Shown piece after piece: positions 45,677 through 55,145 of a stretch of 64,000 bases of DNA. Position 1 is the first letter of the stretch. Each line of letters begins with the position of its first letter. The notes under the pieces were generated by a model that saw only the letters and a program-made list of their open reading frames with translations, had not been told where the DNA came from and searched no databases. The translations under genes were made by a program, and so were the position numbers. The stretch spans positions 5,602 to 69,601 of the forward strand of contig JACZUF010000010.1 in the NCBI GenBank assembly GCA_022573285.1, read 5' to 3'. This stretch comes from Chloroflexota bacterium. Its GTDB lineage: Bacteria > Chloroflexota > Dehalococcoidia > Lucifugimonadales > UBA3495.

Positions 45677-46384
45677 CTAACAGCCGGGCGGGTAGGATTT
45701 GGTCGACACCTGGATTCCCTGGGGGTCGAATAGCCCGGCGGTGTCGGGGGTGGTGTTGTTCCAGATGGAGCTTCCCCGTCCGAAGGAGAACCCACCCCAT
45801 TCGGCATGGACTTGGTTGGTGTAGACTCGCACCGTCCCGCCGCCGGCCAACGGGTGCGAAGGAAATTCGAAGATGGGGAAACCGTCGGCCACGTCTCGCA
45901 ACTGCCACCCTGCCAGATCGACGGCTCCCGGACCCTGGTTCATTATCTGGACGTACTCGTCGGCCTCGCTGGTCGGTACCACGCCGTCGAAGAAGATGCA
46001 TTCGATAATCACCGATGTGGCGGATACCGGCGTGACGGTTGGTGGCTGGGTCGGCGACGCGGTGGGTAGCGGTGTGGCGGTGGGTACTGACGTTGGCACT
46101 GGCGTGGGAGTCGATGTCGGTGCCGGCGCAAGGGTGACCGTGGGCGTGGGCATAGGTGACGGCGGAGGAGCCGTCACGGCAACAGCGGCGGTTGGCGACG
46201 ATACGGTGGTCGGTGTAATCCGCGTCGGCGTTGGCGTTGACCGCGTGGTGGGCGAAGTGGCGCCTCCGAAGACCACGGTCCGGCCGGGCTCGGAGCCGGT
46301 GCATCCAACGCCGAGCGCCACCAGAGACAGGATCACCACTGCGAGCGGGTATCCCCGTTGGGTGCTCGCCTGATTGGTGCTCAA
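45677..46384 (-). CDS. lipoprotein with Thr/Pro-rich linker and C-terminal lamin-tail (LTD) domain
   Basis: TTG start at 46382-46384 with GGAG 7 nt upstream. Lipobox LVALGVGCTG. The C-terminus DEYVQIMNQGPGAVDLAGWQLRD...GGTVRVYTN is LTD-like. The longer ORF to 46588 has no signal logic. Confidence 0.7.
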   Translation of the reverse strand: MSTNQASTQRGYPLAVVILSLVALGVGCTGSEPGRTVVFGGATSPTTRSTPTPTRITPTTVSSPTAAVAVTAPPPSPMPTPTVTLAPAPTSTPTPVPTSVPTATPLPTASPTQPPTVTPVSATSVIIECIFFDGVVPTSEADEYVQIMNQGPGAVDLAGWQLRDVADGFPIFEFPSHPLAGGGTVRVYTNQVHAEWGGFSFGRGSSIWNNTTPDTAGLFDPQGIQVSTKSYPPGC

Positions 46385-46586
46385 ATGACTACTCCAGGGA
46401 CTGGGCCGTTCCCTACGGGCGCTACTCAGCAATCCATCCGGAGACAACGGCTGGCTCCAACGGTAACTTAACGATTTGCGGAGCGCAATCCGCGTGCTAT
46501 AATTCCTCCAAATTACGGTTGGGGCAACCCAGACGTCAGGCCAAAACAAACATTCGATACGGTTAAGGACAATTAGGAGGACAACC

Positions 46587-47399
46587 ATGGAAAAAGGCGG
46601 AACGACCTTTGATGCCGGCTCGGTAGATTTCGCGATGAGCTACCGCAAAGAGATAATGGACGACCAGGGCCTGTGCCTGCAGGTCTATTCCAAGGTCGAC
46701 GGCAAAGACACCGAGATCCTTCGGTTCGACTGCTTCGACCAGGCCCCCCATTACCACTACGGGCCGGAGAACCACAACATCCGGCTGTTCATGGACAAGA
46801 CCACCGCGGGCAACCCGCTGGGCTGGACCATAAACAACCTGCGTAACAACCTTCCGGCCATGGTGCGCCGGGCTGGCTATGAGGACCTGGCCGCTTCTCT
46901 GGAAGCAACCCCGGTAAAGAAGACGGTATTGAACAAAGTGGAAGCCAAGGCCCGGGACATGGTCCGGGGAGAGCGCCGCACCGTCCACCACATGATGCCC
47001 GAGCTGATCGAAGGAGACAAGGTGCAAGCCGGAAACATCCGCTTCGGCCTGGAGTACCGGCACCTGCCTCAGATCAACGACGAAGGGATGGCCATCCACG
47101 TCCTGGCCGACGTGGCTGACCAGGAAGTGGAGTTGCTGGCCTTCGACTGTTTCCAGAACGCCCCTCACTACCACTACGGGCCCCGCAACCAGGACGTCCG
47201 CATCTATTGGGACGTGACCACCTCCGGCGAGACCCTGCGCTGGACCCTGGACCAGTTCAAGGGTGGCAAGTTAAAGTCCATGATCGAGCGGGCTGGCTAC
47301 CCCAGCATCGCCGCCGAGTTGGACGAAAACTTGATTCAAGACGTATTGCCCAAGGTCGAGAAAAGGGCCTGGGACTTGGTGGCGCTGAACAACAAGTAA
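46587..47399 (+). CDS. protein of unknown function with internal tandem duplication (two roughly 115-130-aa repeats, each with a F(D/A)CF(D/Q)xAPHYHYGP motif)
   Basis: Repeat 1: EILRFDCFDQAPHYHYGPENHNIRLFMD...MVRRAGYEDLAASLE. Repeat 2: ELLAFDCFQNAPHYHYGPRNQDVRIYWD...MIERAGYPSIAAELD. Confidence 0.8.
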   Translation: MEKGGTTFDAGSVDFAMSYRKEIMDDQGLCLQVYSKVDGKDTEILRFDCFDQAPHYHYGPENHNIRLFMDKTTAGNPLGWTINNLRNNLPAMVRRAGYEDLAASLEATPVKKTVLNKVEAKARDMVRGERRTVHHMMPELIEGDKVQAGNIRFGLEYRHLPQINDEGMAIHVLADVADQEVELLAFDCFQNAPHYHYGPRNQDVRIYWDVTTSGETLRWTLDQFKGGKLKSMIERAGYPSIAAELDENLIQDVLPKVEKRAWDLVALNNK

Positions 47400-47493
47400 G
47401 CGGCCAAACGACTCCGCAAACCAAAAGAGGCCCCGCCCCGATGGAATCGGGGCGGGGCCTCTTGAGTTTTGGCCCTGGTATGGACCGCCGCTG

Positions 47494-48288
47494 CTACATC
47501 ATCGTATAGCCGCCGCTTACGCTCAGGGTCTGGCCGGTGATGAAACTGGCCGCGTCCGAGGCCAGGAAGACCACGGCGTTGGCCACTTCCTGAGCCGTGC
47601 CCAAGCGGCGAATCGGGTAGTTGCGTTGAACCCGCTCGCGCACCTCCTCGGTGAATACCTCCCGCATCTGGTTCCACATGCTCTCTTCGCTGATGGACTC
47701 CTCGTCCGGCGGCACCACCAGCCCGGGACACACTACGTTCAGCCGCAGCCCGTAACGGCCCGTCTCCCGGGCGATGGACTTGCTGAGGGCGATCACCCCG
47801 GCCTTGCAAGCGGAGTAAACCGCCTCCCGGTACTCGCCCATCCGGCCCGCGTCGGAACTGATGCAGACGATGGCCCCGGCCTGCTTCTCGATCATGCCCG
47901 GCAGCACGGCGTGGATGCAGTTGATGGCCCCCCAGAGGTTAACCTGGACCTCCCGCTCCCACTCGTGCCTTGGCTTCTCCATGAACAGCCGGTCCACGGT
48001 CCACCCCACGTTGCTGACCAGAACGTCAACCGGCCCGAACTCCGCGATGGCTTGCCCCACCATGGCGGCCACCTTTTCCGGGTCGGTTACGTCGGTGGGA
48101 ATAACCGTTGCCCGGCTTCCCGTGTCCATCGCCGCAACCTCCCCGGCCACGATCTCGCCCTGGCTCGGCGCCAACTCGGCGATGGATATGTCCGACCCCT
48201 CGGCCGCGAAGGCGTGGACGATGGCGCGGCCGATGTTGGAGCCGCCGCCGGTAACGATGACGTGCTTACCCTTTAGGCCCAGTTCCAT
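47494..48288 (-). CDS. SDR family oxidoreductase (FabG-like)
   Basis: VIVTGGGSNIGRAI (TGxxxGxG), NVGW, and YSACKAG (YxxxK). Confidence 0.95.
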   Translation of the reverse strand: MELGLKGKHVIVTGGGSNIGRAIVHAFAAEGSDISIAELAPSQGEIVAGEVAAMDTGSRATVIPTDVTDPEKVAAMVGQAIAEFGPVDVLVSNVGWTVDRLFMEKPRHEWEREVQVNLWGAINCIHAVLPGMIEKQAGAIVCISSDAGRMGEYREAVYSACKAGVIALSKSIARETGRYGLRLNVVCPGLVVPPDEESISEESMWNQMREVFTEEVRERVQRNYPIRRLGTAQEVANAVVFLASDAASFITGQTLSVSGGYTMM

Positions 48289-48340
48289 GAAATTGCTCCT
48301 AGCGCCTGGCTGTTTTGTTGGCCCGGACCGGCCCAGCCGG

Positions 48341-49144
48341 TCATTGCATGGGAGACGGTGCCGCGGGCAACTCCACCCTCGGGACTCCGCCGAACCGAAG
48401 CCGCAGCAGGCCCTTCAAGTCTTCCATGGCCGTGCCGGCGACATTGACGGTGCTGGTCGGGTCGTCCGTCCACTTAACGGGAACCGAGGCGATGTTGAAC
48501 CCGCGCTTGGCGGCGATGACCAGCAACTCGGTGTCGAAGAACCAGTTGTTGTTCTTGATGCTGGGCACGATGGCCTCGGCGGCGGGACGGGTGAGGGCCT
48601 TGAAGCCGCACTGGGCGTCGGGCAGGCCGGTGAAGAACATGGCGTTTATCAGCAGGTTATACCCGCGCGAGATGAATTCCCGCTTGAAACCCCGGCTCAC
48701 CTGTGATTCCTTGCTCAGCCTGCTGCCGACGGCGATGTGGTTCCCCGCTTCGATGGCCCGGATGAGTTGGGGGAAATGGGACAGGTCCGTCGATAGGTCG
48801 GCGTCCATGTAGCTGACGATGTCGGCCCGGCTGTCCAGCCAGGCGGTCCGCAGGGCCCGCCCCCGGCCCTTCTGAGGGATGCGGAGATAGTTGACCCCGG
48901 GAAACCGCTCGCAGAGCATCTCCGATACCGCGCGGGTATTGTCGGTGGAGGCGTTGTCGGCGATGACGATCTGCCATGGGTTGGACAGGTGGTCGCGGAG
49001 GAACTCGGTCAGGATGACTATGGTGCGCGGCAGGGCCTCTTCTTCGTTGTAAACGGGAATGGTTATGTCAACCGTCGGCCCGCCGGCCGGCGGGCCGGGT
49101 TCCCTGGGTGGCCTTTTCTCTGGGTTGGCGCTCGTTTCTGCCAT
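48341..49144 (-). CDS. family 2 glycosyltransferase (polyprenyl-phosphate glycosyltransferase-like)
   Basis: VDITIPVYNEEEAL, IADNASTDNT, YMDADLSTD (DxD). Confidence 0.9.
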   Translation of the reverse strand: MAETSANPEKRPPREPGPPAGGPTVDITIPVYNEEEALPRTIVILTEFLRDHLSNPWQIVIADNASTDNTRAVSEMLCERFPGVNYLRIPQKGRGRALRTAWLDSRADIVSYMDADLSTDLSHFPQLIRAIEAGNHIAVGSRLSKESQVSRGFKREFISRGYNLLINAMFFTGLPDAQCGFKALTRPAAEAIVPSIKNNNWFFDTELLVIAAKRGFNIASVPVKWTDDPTSTVNVAGTAMEDLKGLLRLRFGGVPRVELPAAPSPMQ

Positions 49145-49159
49145 TTCGATAGGAGCGGT

Positions 49160-50704
49160 CTAATGTCTGAAGTGGCGCACGCCGGTGAACACCATGGCCA
49201 ATCCTGCCTTGTCGGCGGCGGCCACGACCTCGTCGTCGCGGATGGACCCGCCCGGTTGCACGATGGCAGTGATCCCGGCCTCGGCGGCCAGATCGATGTT
49301 GTCCGCGAATGGGAAGAAGGCGTCCGACGCCAGCACGGAGCCCTTGGCCTTGTCCCCGGCGGCCCGCTGCGACAGGTGGACGCTGACCACCCGGTTGGGC
49401 TGGCCGGCCCCCATGCCCACCAACGCCAGGTCTTTGGCGAAGACGATGGCGTTGGACTTGATGTGTTTGGCGGCCTTCCAGGCGAAGGCCAGGTCCTTCA
49501 TCTCGGCATCCGTGGGCGCCCGCTTGGTGGCGGTGGTCCAGGCGGCCGGGTCCTCCGCGATGACGTCGGCGGTCTGCACCAGGATGCCGCCGCTGATGGG
49601 CCGCAGGTCGTAGGCGGCGGCGTCCGGCTGCTTATCGATGGCCAGGATGCGCAGGTTACGTTTCTTCTGCAGAATATCCAGCGCCGCCGCTTCGTAGTCC
49701 GGGGCGATGACGACCTCGTAGAACACCGGCCCCATGGCCTCGGCGGCGGCGGCGGTGACGGTGCGGTTGAAGGCCACGATGCCCCCGAAGGCGCTCACGG
49801 TGTCGCCTTCGTAGGCGTGCAGATAAGCCTGGGCGATGTCCTCCCGGCTGGCCAAGCCGCAGGCGTTGGCGTGCTTCACGACGGCCACGGTGGCGTCGGC
49901 GAAGTCGGTGGCGGTGCGCCAGGCGGCGTCGGCGTCCATCAGGTTGTTATAGGAAAGCTCCCTGCCGTGTAACTGGCGCGCTCCGGCCATGCCAACCGGG
50001 GCGCTGGACTGGGCGTAGAGGGCCCCGCTTTGATGGGGGTTTTCGCCGTACCTCAGGCCGGCCACTTTCTTCAGGGAAATATTCAGCGAATCGGGCAATT
50101 CCTCCCCACCGTCTTTACCTTCGGTGGCCGGTCCGGCCATCAAGTACCCGGTCACCGCAGCGTCGTAGGTGGAAACATGGTGAAAGGCCTTGGCCGCCAG
50201 TCCCCGGCGGTCTTCGTTGTTCAGGCCGCCGTTGGCCAGCTTCTCGCCCACCCAGCCGTAGTCGGCGGGGTCCACCACCACGGCCACCGACGGGAAGTTC
50301 TTGGCCGCGGCCCGCAGCATGGTCGGCCCGCCGATGTCGATGTTTTCCAGGGCGTCGGCCAGGGTCACGTCCGCCTTGCTAATGGTCTCGACGAAGGGGT
50401 ACAGGTTAACCACCACCAGGTCGATGGTGTCGATGCCCTGGTTCTTCAACTCGGCCATGTGCTCCGGTGAATCCCGCCTGGCCAGCAGCCCGGCGTAGAT
50501 CGTCGGATGGAGGGTCTTGACGCGTCCCTCCAGGATCTCCGGCGACCCAGTGACCTCTGCCACCTGCTTCACCGGGAGGCCGCCTTCCTCGGACAATGTC
50601 CGGTGGGTGCCGCCGGTGCTGATCAGTTCGTACCCGGCCGATGCTACCTGGCGGGAAAATTCCACGATCCCCGTCTTGTCGTAGACGCTGAGCAGTGCTT
50701 TCAA
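49160..50704 (-). CDS. purH: bifunctional AICAR formyltransferase / IMP cyclohydrolase PurH
   Basis: KALLSVYDKTG...STGGT...GRVKTLHP...VVVNLYPF...QPGGSIRD. Confidence 0.97.
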   Translation of the reverse strand: MKALLSVYDKTGIVEFSRQVASAGYELISTGGTHRTLSEEGGLPVKQVAEVTGSPEILEGRVKTLHPTIYAGLLARRDSPEHMAELKNQGIDTIDLVVVNLYPFVETISKADVTLADALENIDIGGPTMLRAAAKNFPSVAVVVDPADYGWVGEKLANGGLNNEDRRGLAAKAFHHVSTYDAAVTGYLMAGPATEGKDGGEELPDSLNISLKKVAGLRYGENPHQSGALYAQSSAPVGMAGARQLHGRELSYNNLMDADAAWRTATDFADATVAVVKHANACGLASREDIAQAYLHAYEGDTVSAFGGIVAFNRTVTAAAAEAMGPVFYEVVIAPDYEAAALDILQKKRNLRILAIDKQPDAAAYDLRPISGGILVQTADVIAEDPAAWTTATKRAPTDAEMKDLAFAWKAAKHIKSNAIVFAKDLALVGMGAGQPNRVVSVHLSQRAAGDKAKGSVLASDAFFPFADNIDLAAEAGITAIVQPGGSIRDDEVVAAADKAGLAMVFTGVRHFRH

Positions 50705-50795
50705 CTTCCTCTCCGTCTCCTAGCGAGAATTGGTCAATGATATGGAGCGGCTCGTATTCCTGATGGCCGGAAAGGGATCAAGCGCGGCTAACTGC

Positions 50796-51842
50796 TTAGC
50801 CGCTGAAGACCACTTGATCGCCGTCTCCCCTGGGAATGATCTTGCCGATGACAACGGCGTCGGGCAGGTGTTCGATGACCTTCGCGACATTGGCTTCGGG
50901 GCAGACGGCCACCATTCCCAGACCCATGTTGAACACCCGGTACATCTCCTGGTCGCTGATCCCGCCCTCTTTCTGGATCACCTTGAAGATGGGCAGGACC
51001 GGCCAGGACCCGCGGTTGATCTCAGCCGTCAGTTCATCGGGCAATATGGCCGGTAATTTGCCGGGCAGACCTCCTCCGGTGATGTGGGCCAGGCCGTTGA
51101 CCAGGCACAAAACCGGCTCCATCAGAGGATAGTAACTGCGGTGGGGCACCAGCAATTCCTCGCCAAGCCCGTGGTTCAGTCCGTCAAACCGGCGGTAGAG
51201 GACGTTGGGGTCGCCGTCGGTGTTGAAAACCCGGCGCGCCAAGGAGAAGCCGTTGGTGTGGAGGCCGCTGGAGGGCACGCCGATCAGGATGTTGCCAGCC
51301 TCGATGTTTCGCGATTCGAGGAGCTGGTCCCGTTCCACCGCGCCGACCACGAATCCGGCCAGGTCCATCTCATCGCCGGAGTAGACCTGGGGCATTTGAG
51401 CGGTCTCGCCGCCGATCAGCGCGCAGCCCACCTCGCGGCAGCCCCAGGCTATCCCCCGCATCAGGTTGTCCAACCGCTGGACGTCCAGTTTGCTGAAGGC
51501 GACGTAGTCCAGGAAAAACAGGGGTTTGGCGCCCCGGGTGAGGATGTCGTTGACGTTCAAGGTGACCAGGTCTTGGCCCACGGACTCGAAGTGTCCCAGT
51601 TGGGCTGCGATCTTCATCTTGGTGCCCACGCCGTCGGTGCTGGCCACCAGGACCGGTTCCCGGTATCCCGAAAGTTGGTAAAGGCCGGCGAAGCTTCCGG
51701 CGCTGTCGAGTACCTCGGGGCCATGGGTGCTGGCGGCGAACCCTTTGATCCGCTCCTTCAGGCCGTCCATCAGGTCCAGGTCCACGCCCGATTCCCGGTA
51801 TGCGTCACTTGCCAAAATGAGGGTCCTCCCGTTCCCATCCAC
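50796..51842 (-). CDS. purM: phosphoribosylformylglycinamidine cyclo-ligase PurM
   Basis: YRESGVDLD...VASTDGVGTK...DYVAFSKLD...GGETAQMP...AHITGGG. Confidence 0.95.
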   Translation of the reverse strand: MDGNGRTLILASDAYRESGVDLDLMDGLKERIKGFAASTHGPEVLDSAGSFAGLYQLSGYREPVLVASTDGVGTKMKIAAQLGHFESVGQDLVTLNVNDILTRGAKPLFFLDYVAFSKLDVQRLDNLMRGIAWGCREVGCALIGGETAQMPQVYSGDEMDLAGFVVGAVERDQLLESRNIEAGNILIGVPSSGLHTNGFSLARRVFNTDGDPNVLYRRFDGLNHGLGEELLVPHRSYYPLMEPVLCLVNGLAHITGGGLPGKLPAILPDELTAEINRGSWPVLPIFKVIQKEGGISDQEMYRVFNMGLGMVAVCPEANVAKVIEHLPDAVVIGKIIPRGDGDQVVFSG

Positions 51843-51964
51843 CCGGCGGCAGCCGGAATAATCGCCGCTGTAAAAGGTTAATTCAAGGGTTGCGCGATGG
51901 CAAGGGGCAGCCGCTGCCCGGGACGACGCCGAGGTAACGGGAAGCCGGTCCGGGGATACAGGCG

Positions 51965-53419
51965 TTAATCGGAACTTGGCGCGACCTGCTCCAAACTGAG
52001 CTTGGTCAGTTCCAACTGTATGGGCACGGGGTAGTTGCCGGTGAAGCAGGCGTCGCAGAAACCGCCGTCGGAGCCGCCCACCACCTTCATGAGGCCCTGC
52101 ACGCTGAGATAGCCCAGGCTGTCGGCGCCGATGAAGGAGCGGATCTCGTCCAGGGTCTTATTGGCGGCCAATAACTCTTCGCGGGAGGCCATGTCCACGC
52201 CCATGAAGCAGGGGTGCTTGATGGGAGGAGCGCACACCCGCATGTGCACCTCTTTTGCCCCGGCTTTCCTAAGCAGGTTCACCACGTGGGGAGTGGTGGT
52301 GCCGCGGACGATGCTGTCGTCCACAACCACCAGCCGCTTGCCCTGGATCACTTCCACCAGGGGGTTGAACTTCTGGCGAACTCCCAGGTCGCGGAGGCGT
52401 TGTTCCGGTTCGATGAAGGTCCGGCCCACGTAGCGGTTCTTGACCAGCCCTTCGCTGTAGGGTATGCCTGATTCCTGGGCATAGCCCACCGCCGCCGCAG
52501 TCGAAGAGTCGGGTATCCCGATGACCAGGTCGGCATCCACCGAATGCTCCCGGGCCAACTGGGCGCCCAACTGCTGGCGCACCGAGTGGACCAATTGGCC
52601 TTCCATGATACTGTCGGGCCGGGCGAAGTAGATCAGCTCAAACACGCAGAGAGCGCGGCGCCCGGTGCCGCCGGACCAGGTGGCCGTGCGCAGGCCGTCG
52701 GCGTCGATAATTATGACCTCGCCCGGTTCCAGTTCCCGGAGGTACTCGGCGCCAAGGTGGTCCAGGGCGCAGGACTCCGAAGCGACAATCCAGCCGCCGT
52801 TCAGCTTGCCCAAGCAGAGCGGCCGGATGCCCAACGGGTCTCGGGCGGCGATCAGGGTGTCTTTGGTCTGGGCGACTATCGAATAGGCCCCTTCCAACTG
52901 GCGCATGCACTGGAAGACCCTTTCTTCCCAGGTCGCGCCGGTGGCGTGGGCCAGCATGAGGGCGATAACTTCGGTGTCGGTGGTGGAGGCGAAGGTGCAG
53001 TTCCACTCGTCTTGGAGCTGCTCCTTCAGTTGGGCGGCGTTGATGATATTGCCATTGTTCGCCAGGGCCAGTTGGCCGTGGAGGCCATCGACCAATAGGG
53101 GCTGGGCGTTGCAGAGTTCGCTGCTGCCGGTGGTGGAGTACCTGGTGTGCCCGATGGCCATGTCGCCGACCAGGGGATAGAAATCGGGCTCCCTAAATAT
53201 CTGGGTGACCAGGCCCATATCGGCGTGGACCACCACGTTCTCGCCGTTGGCGGCGGCGATCCCCGCGCTCTCTTGGCCGCGGTGTTGCAGGGCGAAAAGG
53301 CCGAAGAAAGCCAAACGGCTGGCCTCTCCTTCCGGGGTGAATACCCCAATTACCCCGCACTCTTCATGGGGGTGATCAAACGGGACTCGGCCGAAGGGGA
53401 AGTCCGACTCGCTTTTCAC
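51965..53419 (-). CDS. purF: amidophosphoribosyltransferase PurF
   Basis: Propeptide followed by CGVIGVF, then RGQESAGIA, VVVDDSIVRGTT, and C-terminal Fe-S cysteines. Confidence 0.95.
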   Translation of the reverse strand: MKSESDFPFGRVPFDHPHEECGVIGVFTPEGEASRLAFFGLFALQHRGQESAGIAAANGENVVVHADMGLVTQIFREPDFYPLVGDMAIGHTRYSTTGSSELCNAQPLLVDGLHGQLALANNGNIINAAQLKEQLQDEWNCTFASTTDTEVIALMLAHATGATWEERVFQCMRQLEGAYSIVAQTKDTLIAARDPLGIRPLCLGKLNGGWIVASESCALDHLGAEYLRELEPGEVIIIDADGLRTATWSGGTGRRALCVFELIYFARPDSIMEGQLVHSVRQQLGAQLAREHSVDADLVIGIPDSSTAAAVGYAQESGIPYSEGLVKNRYVGRTFIEPEQRLRDLGVRQKFNPLVEVIQGKRLVVVDDSIVRGTTTPHVVNLLRKAGAKEVHMRVCAPPIKHPCFMGVDMASREELLAANKTLDEIRSFIGADSLGYLSVQGLMKVVGGSDGGFCDACFTGNYPVPIQLELTKLSLEQVAPSSD

Positions 53420-53580
53420 GATGTTATTCTATGTAATCCCTTTTGCGGCGGTCAACATCAAAACCCGCTGTTTAAATGGCTTTTCGAAACCGGTCCGGAA
53501 TTTCTGGTAATTCCCGGATGTTAATGATGCCGCGAAGCCGTCTCAAGTGATGGGTGCGAAAATACCGCTATCGTGGTCGC

Positions 53581-54258
53581 TTAGTCCCGCTTTGGCATGA
53601 TCATGACCTTTCGGCCTTCCCCCTCGCCGGTGCTTTCGGTGGTTACCCCCGGATGGTCCGTAAGCGTGGTGTGGATGATGCGCCGGTCGGCCGGAGGCAT
53701 GGGCTCCAGGGTGATGCTGCGGTTGGTCTGGGCCACCCTGGCCGCCACCTTGGTGGCCATGTCGCGGAGGGAGCTTTCCCGCCGCTGACGGTAGTTCTCA
53801 ACGTCAAGCACCACGCGGACGCCGTCGAACTGTTTCCGGACGATCAGGTTGACCAGGAACTGGAGGGCCGCCAGCGTCTGACCCCGGCGTCCGATCAACA
53901 GACCGGAGTCCTCTCCCGCCAGGTCGATGATGGGTCCGCCGGATTCTGGGTCGTTGGCGGCCCGCAAGGTTCGGCTGACGTTGACGCCGGCCGCCTCCAA
54001 TATGCGCCCCACGGTGGCGGTGGCCACGCCGGCGGCGGTGGTCTCTCCCTCTGCGCCAATTGGCACTCCAGCAGCGTTGCGGCCTGAGGATATCCTGGTG
54101 ACCCGGACCCGCGCGACCTCCGAGCCGATGCCCAGGAAGCCGGTCTTGCCTCTACTTAGTATTTCGACCTCGGCCTCGTCGCGGTCGGCGTCGAGCTCTT
54201 TCAGTCCTAGCTCGATTGCTTCGTCGACGGTTCGGGCGCTCATTACGATCTCTTCCAT
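53581..54258 (-). CDS. jag: Jag/KhpB-type RNA-binding protein (Jag_N, KH and R3H domains)
   Basis: ATG at 54256-54258 with AGAGGAGA 10 nt upstream. MEEIVMSARTVDEAIELGLKELD (Jag_N) ... C-terminal R3H region LEPMPPADRRIIHTTL. Confidence 0.85.
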   Translation of the reverse strand: MEEIVMSARTVDEAIELGLKELDADRDEAEVEILSRGKTGFLGIGSEVARVRVTRISSGRNAAGVPIGAEGETTAAGVATATVGRILEAAGVNVSRTLRAANDPESGGPIIDLAGEDSGLLIGRRGQTLAALQFLVNLIVRKQFDGVRVVLDVENYRQRRESSLRDMATKVAARVAQTNRSITLEPMPPADRRIIHTTLTDHPGVTTESTGEGEGRKVMIMPKRD

Positions 54259-55081
54259 CTTGCACCGTCTCCTCTTGTGGGACATCTTGGGATGGCCGGG
54301 CTGCCGCCGCCGGCGCCCGCACCGACGCGGACTTGGGGAATAGTGGGAATAATGGTCCCCAGCCACCAGTCACGAAATATTGGATTCCGATGCCCATCAC
54401 GTTGGACGTTGTCCAATACAGGGACAGACCGCTGGGCAGGGTGAACGAGAAAAACGCGATCATCAAGGGCATCATCCAGAGCATCATCGCCTGGTTGCCT
54501 GACTGCCTCGGATCGCTGGACGGTTGCATGGTCATCTTCTGCTGGACCCAGGTGGACACGAAGACGAGCACCGGCATTATTATGTTGGTGGGGTCGGATT
54601 GGGCCAGGTCCAACCAAAGGAATTTCGAATCCAGGGGCGCGGCCGAGAATACTTGCGCCACCGGGATCCAGGTATACAACTTTTCCGACAGCCCAACCAG
54701 GTTGTCGGGGCGGGAGAATACGATCTGGATCAACACCCGGAACAGGCCGATCAGGATGGGCATTTGGACGATCATTGGGCCCAGGCAGCCAAGGGGGCTT
54801 ACCCCCGCCTCCCGGTACAGCCGCATGGTCTCTTGGGAAATTCGGGAACGGTCCCTGGAGTACCGGTCTTGAATCTCCTTCAGCTTGGGCTGCAGCGAAC
54901 TCATGGCCCGCATCTGCTTCAACTGCTTCAGCGTCAAAGGCAGCGTGGCCATCCGGATAATGGCGGTTAACACGATGATCGCCAAACCCATCTGGCTGAA
55001 GAAGATGGTGTAGAGCACCACCAGGCTGTTGAGCATGGGCCGAATTATCAGTTCGGTCCAGAGGAATGAAATGGCCTCCAA
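54152..55081 (-). CDS. yidC: membrane protein insertase YidC (short, Gram-positive-like form) with Arg-rich tail
   Basis: LAIIVLTAIIRMATLPLTLKQ...LGCLPMIVQMPILIGLF-like core. The tail reads RRRSNRARTERARRRPRRGRGRNTK. Confidence 0.9.
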   Translation of the reverse strand: MEAISFLWTELIIRPMLNSLVVLYTIFFSQMGLAIIVLTAIIRMATLPLTLKQLKQMRAMSSLQPKLKEIQDRYSRDRSRISQETMRLYREAGVSPLGCLGPMIVQMPILIGLFRVLIQIVFSRPDNLVGLSEKLYTWIPVAQVFSAAPLDSKFLWLDLAQSDPTNIIMPVLVFVSTWVQQKMTMQPSSDPRQSGNQAMMLWMMPLMIAFFSFTLPSGLSLYWTTSNVMGIGIQYFVTGGWGPLFPLFPKSASVRAPAAAARPSQDVPQEETVQDGRDRNERPNRRRSNRARTERARRRPRRGRGRNTK

Positions 55082-55145
55082 AGAGTCCTACCTCGCTGCC
55101 GGCTTAGCTGCCGAAATCATTCGGTTAGATTCCATTGATCCCGGT

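Noticed and set aside
47861-49972. Long + strand ORFs at 47861-48706 and 48989-49972, plus similar ones at 51084-51881, 52544-53098 and 55719-56330
   Set aside because: They are antisense to the SDR, GT2, purH, purM, purF and PQQ-propeller genes, with no motifs and high-GC shadow-frame composition.
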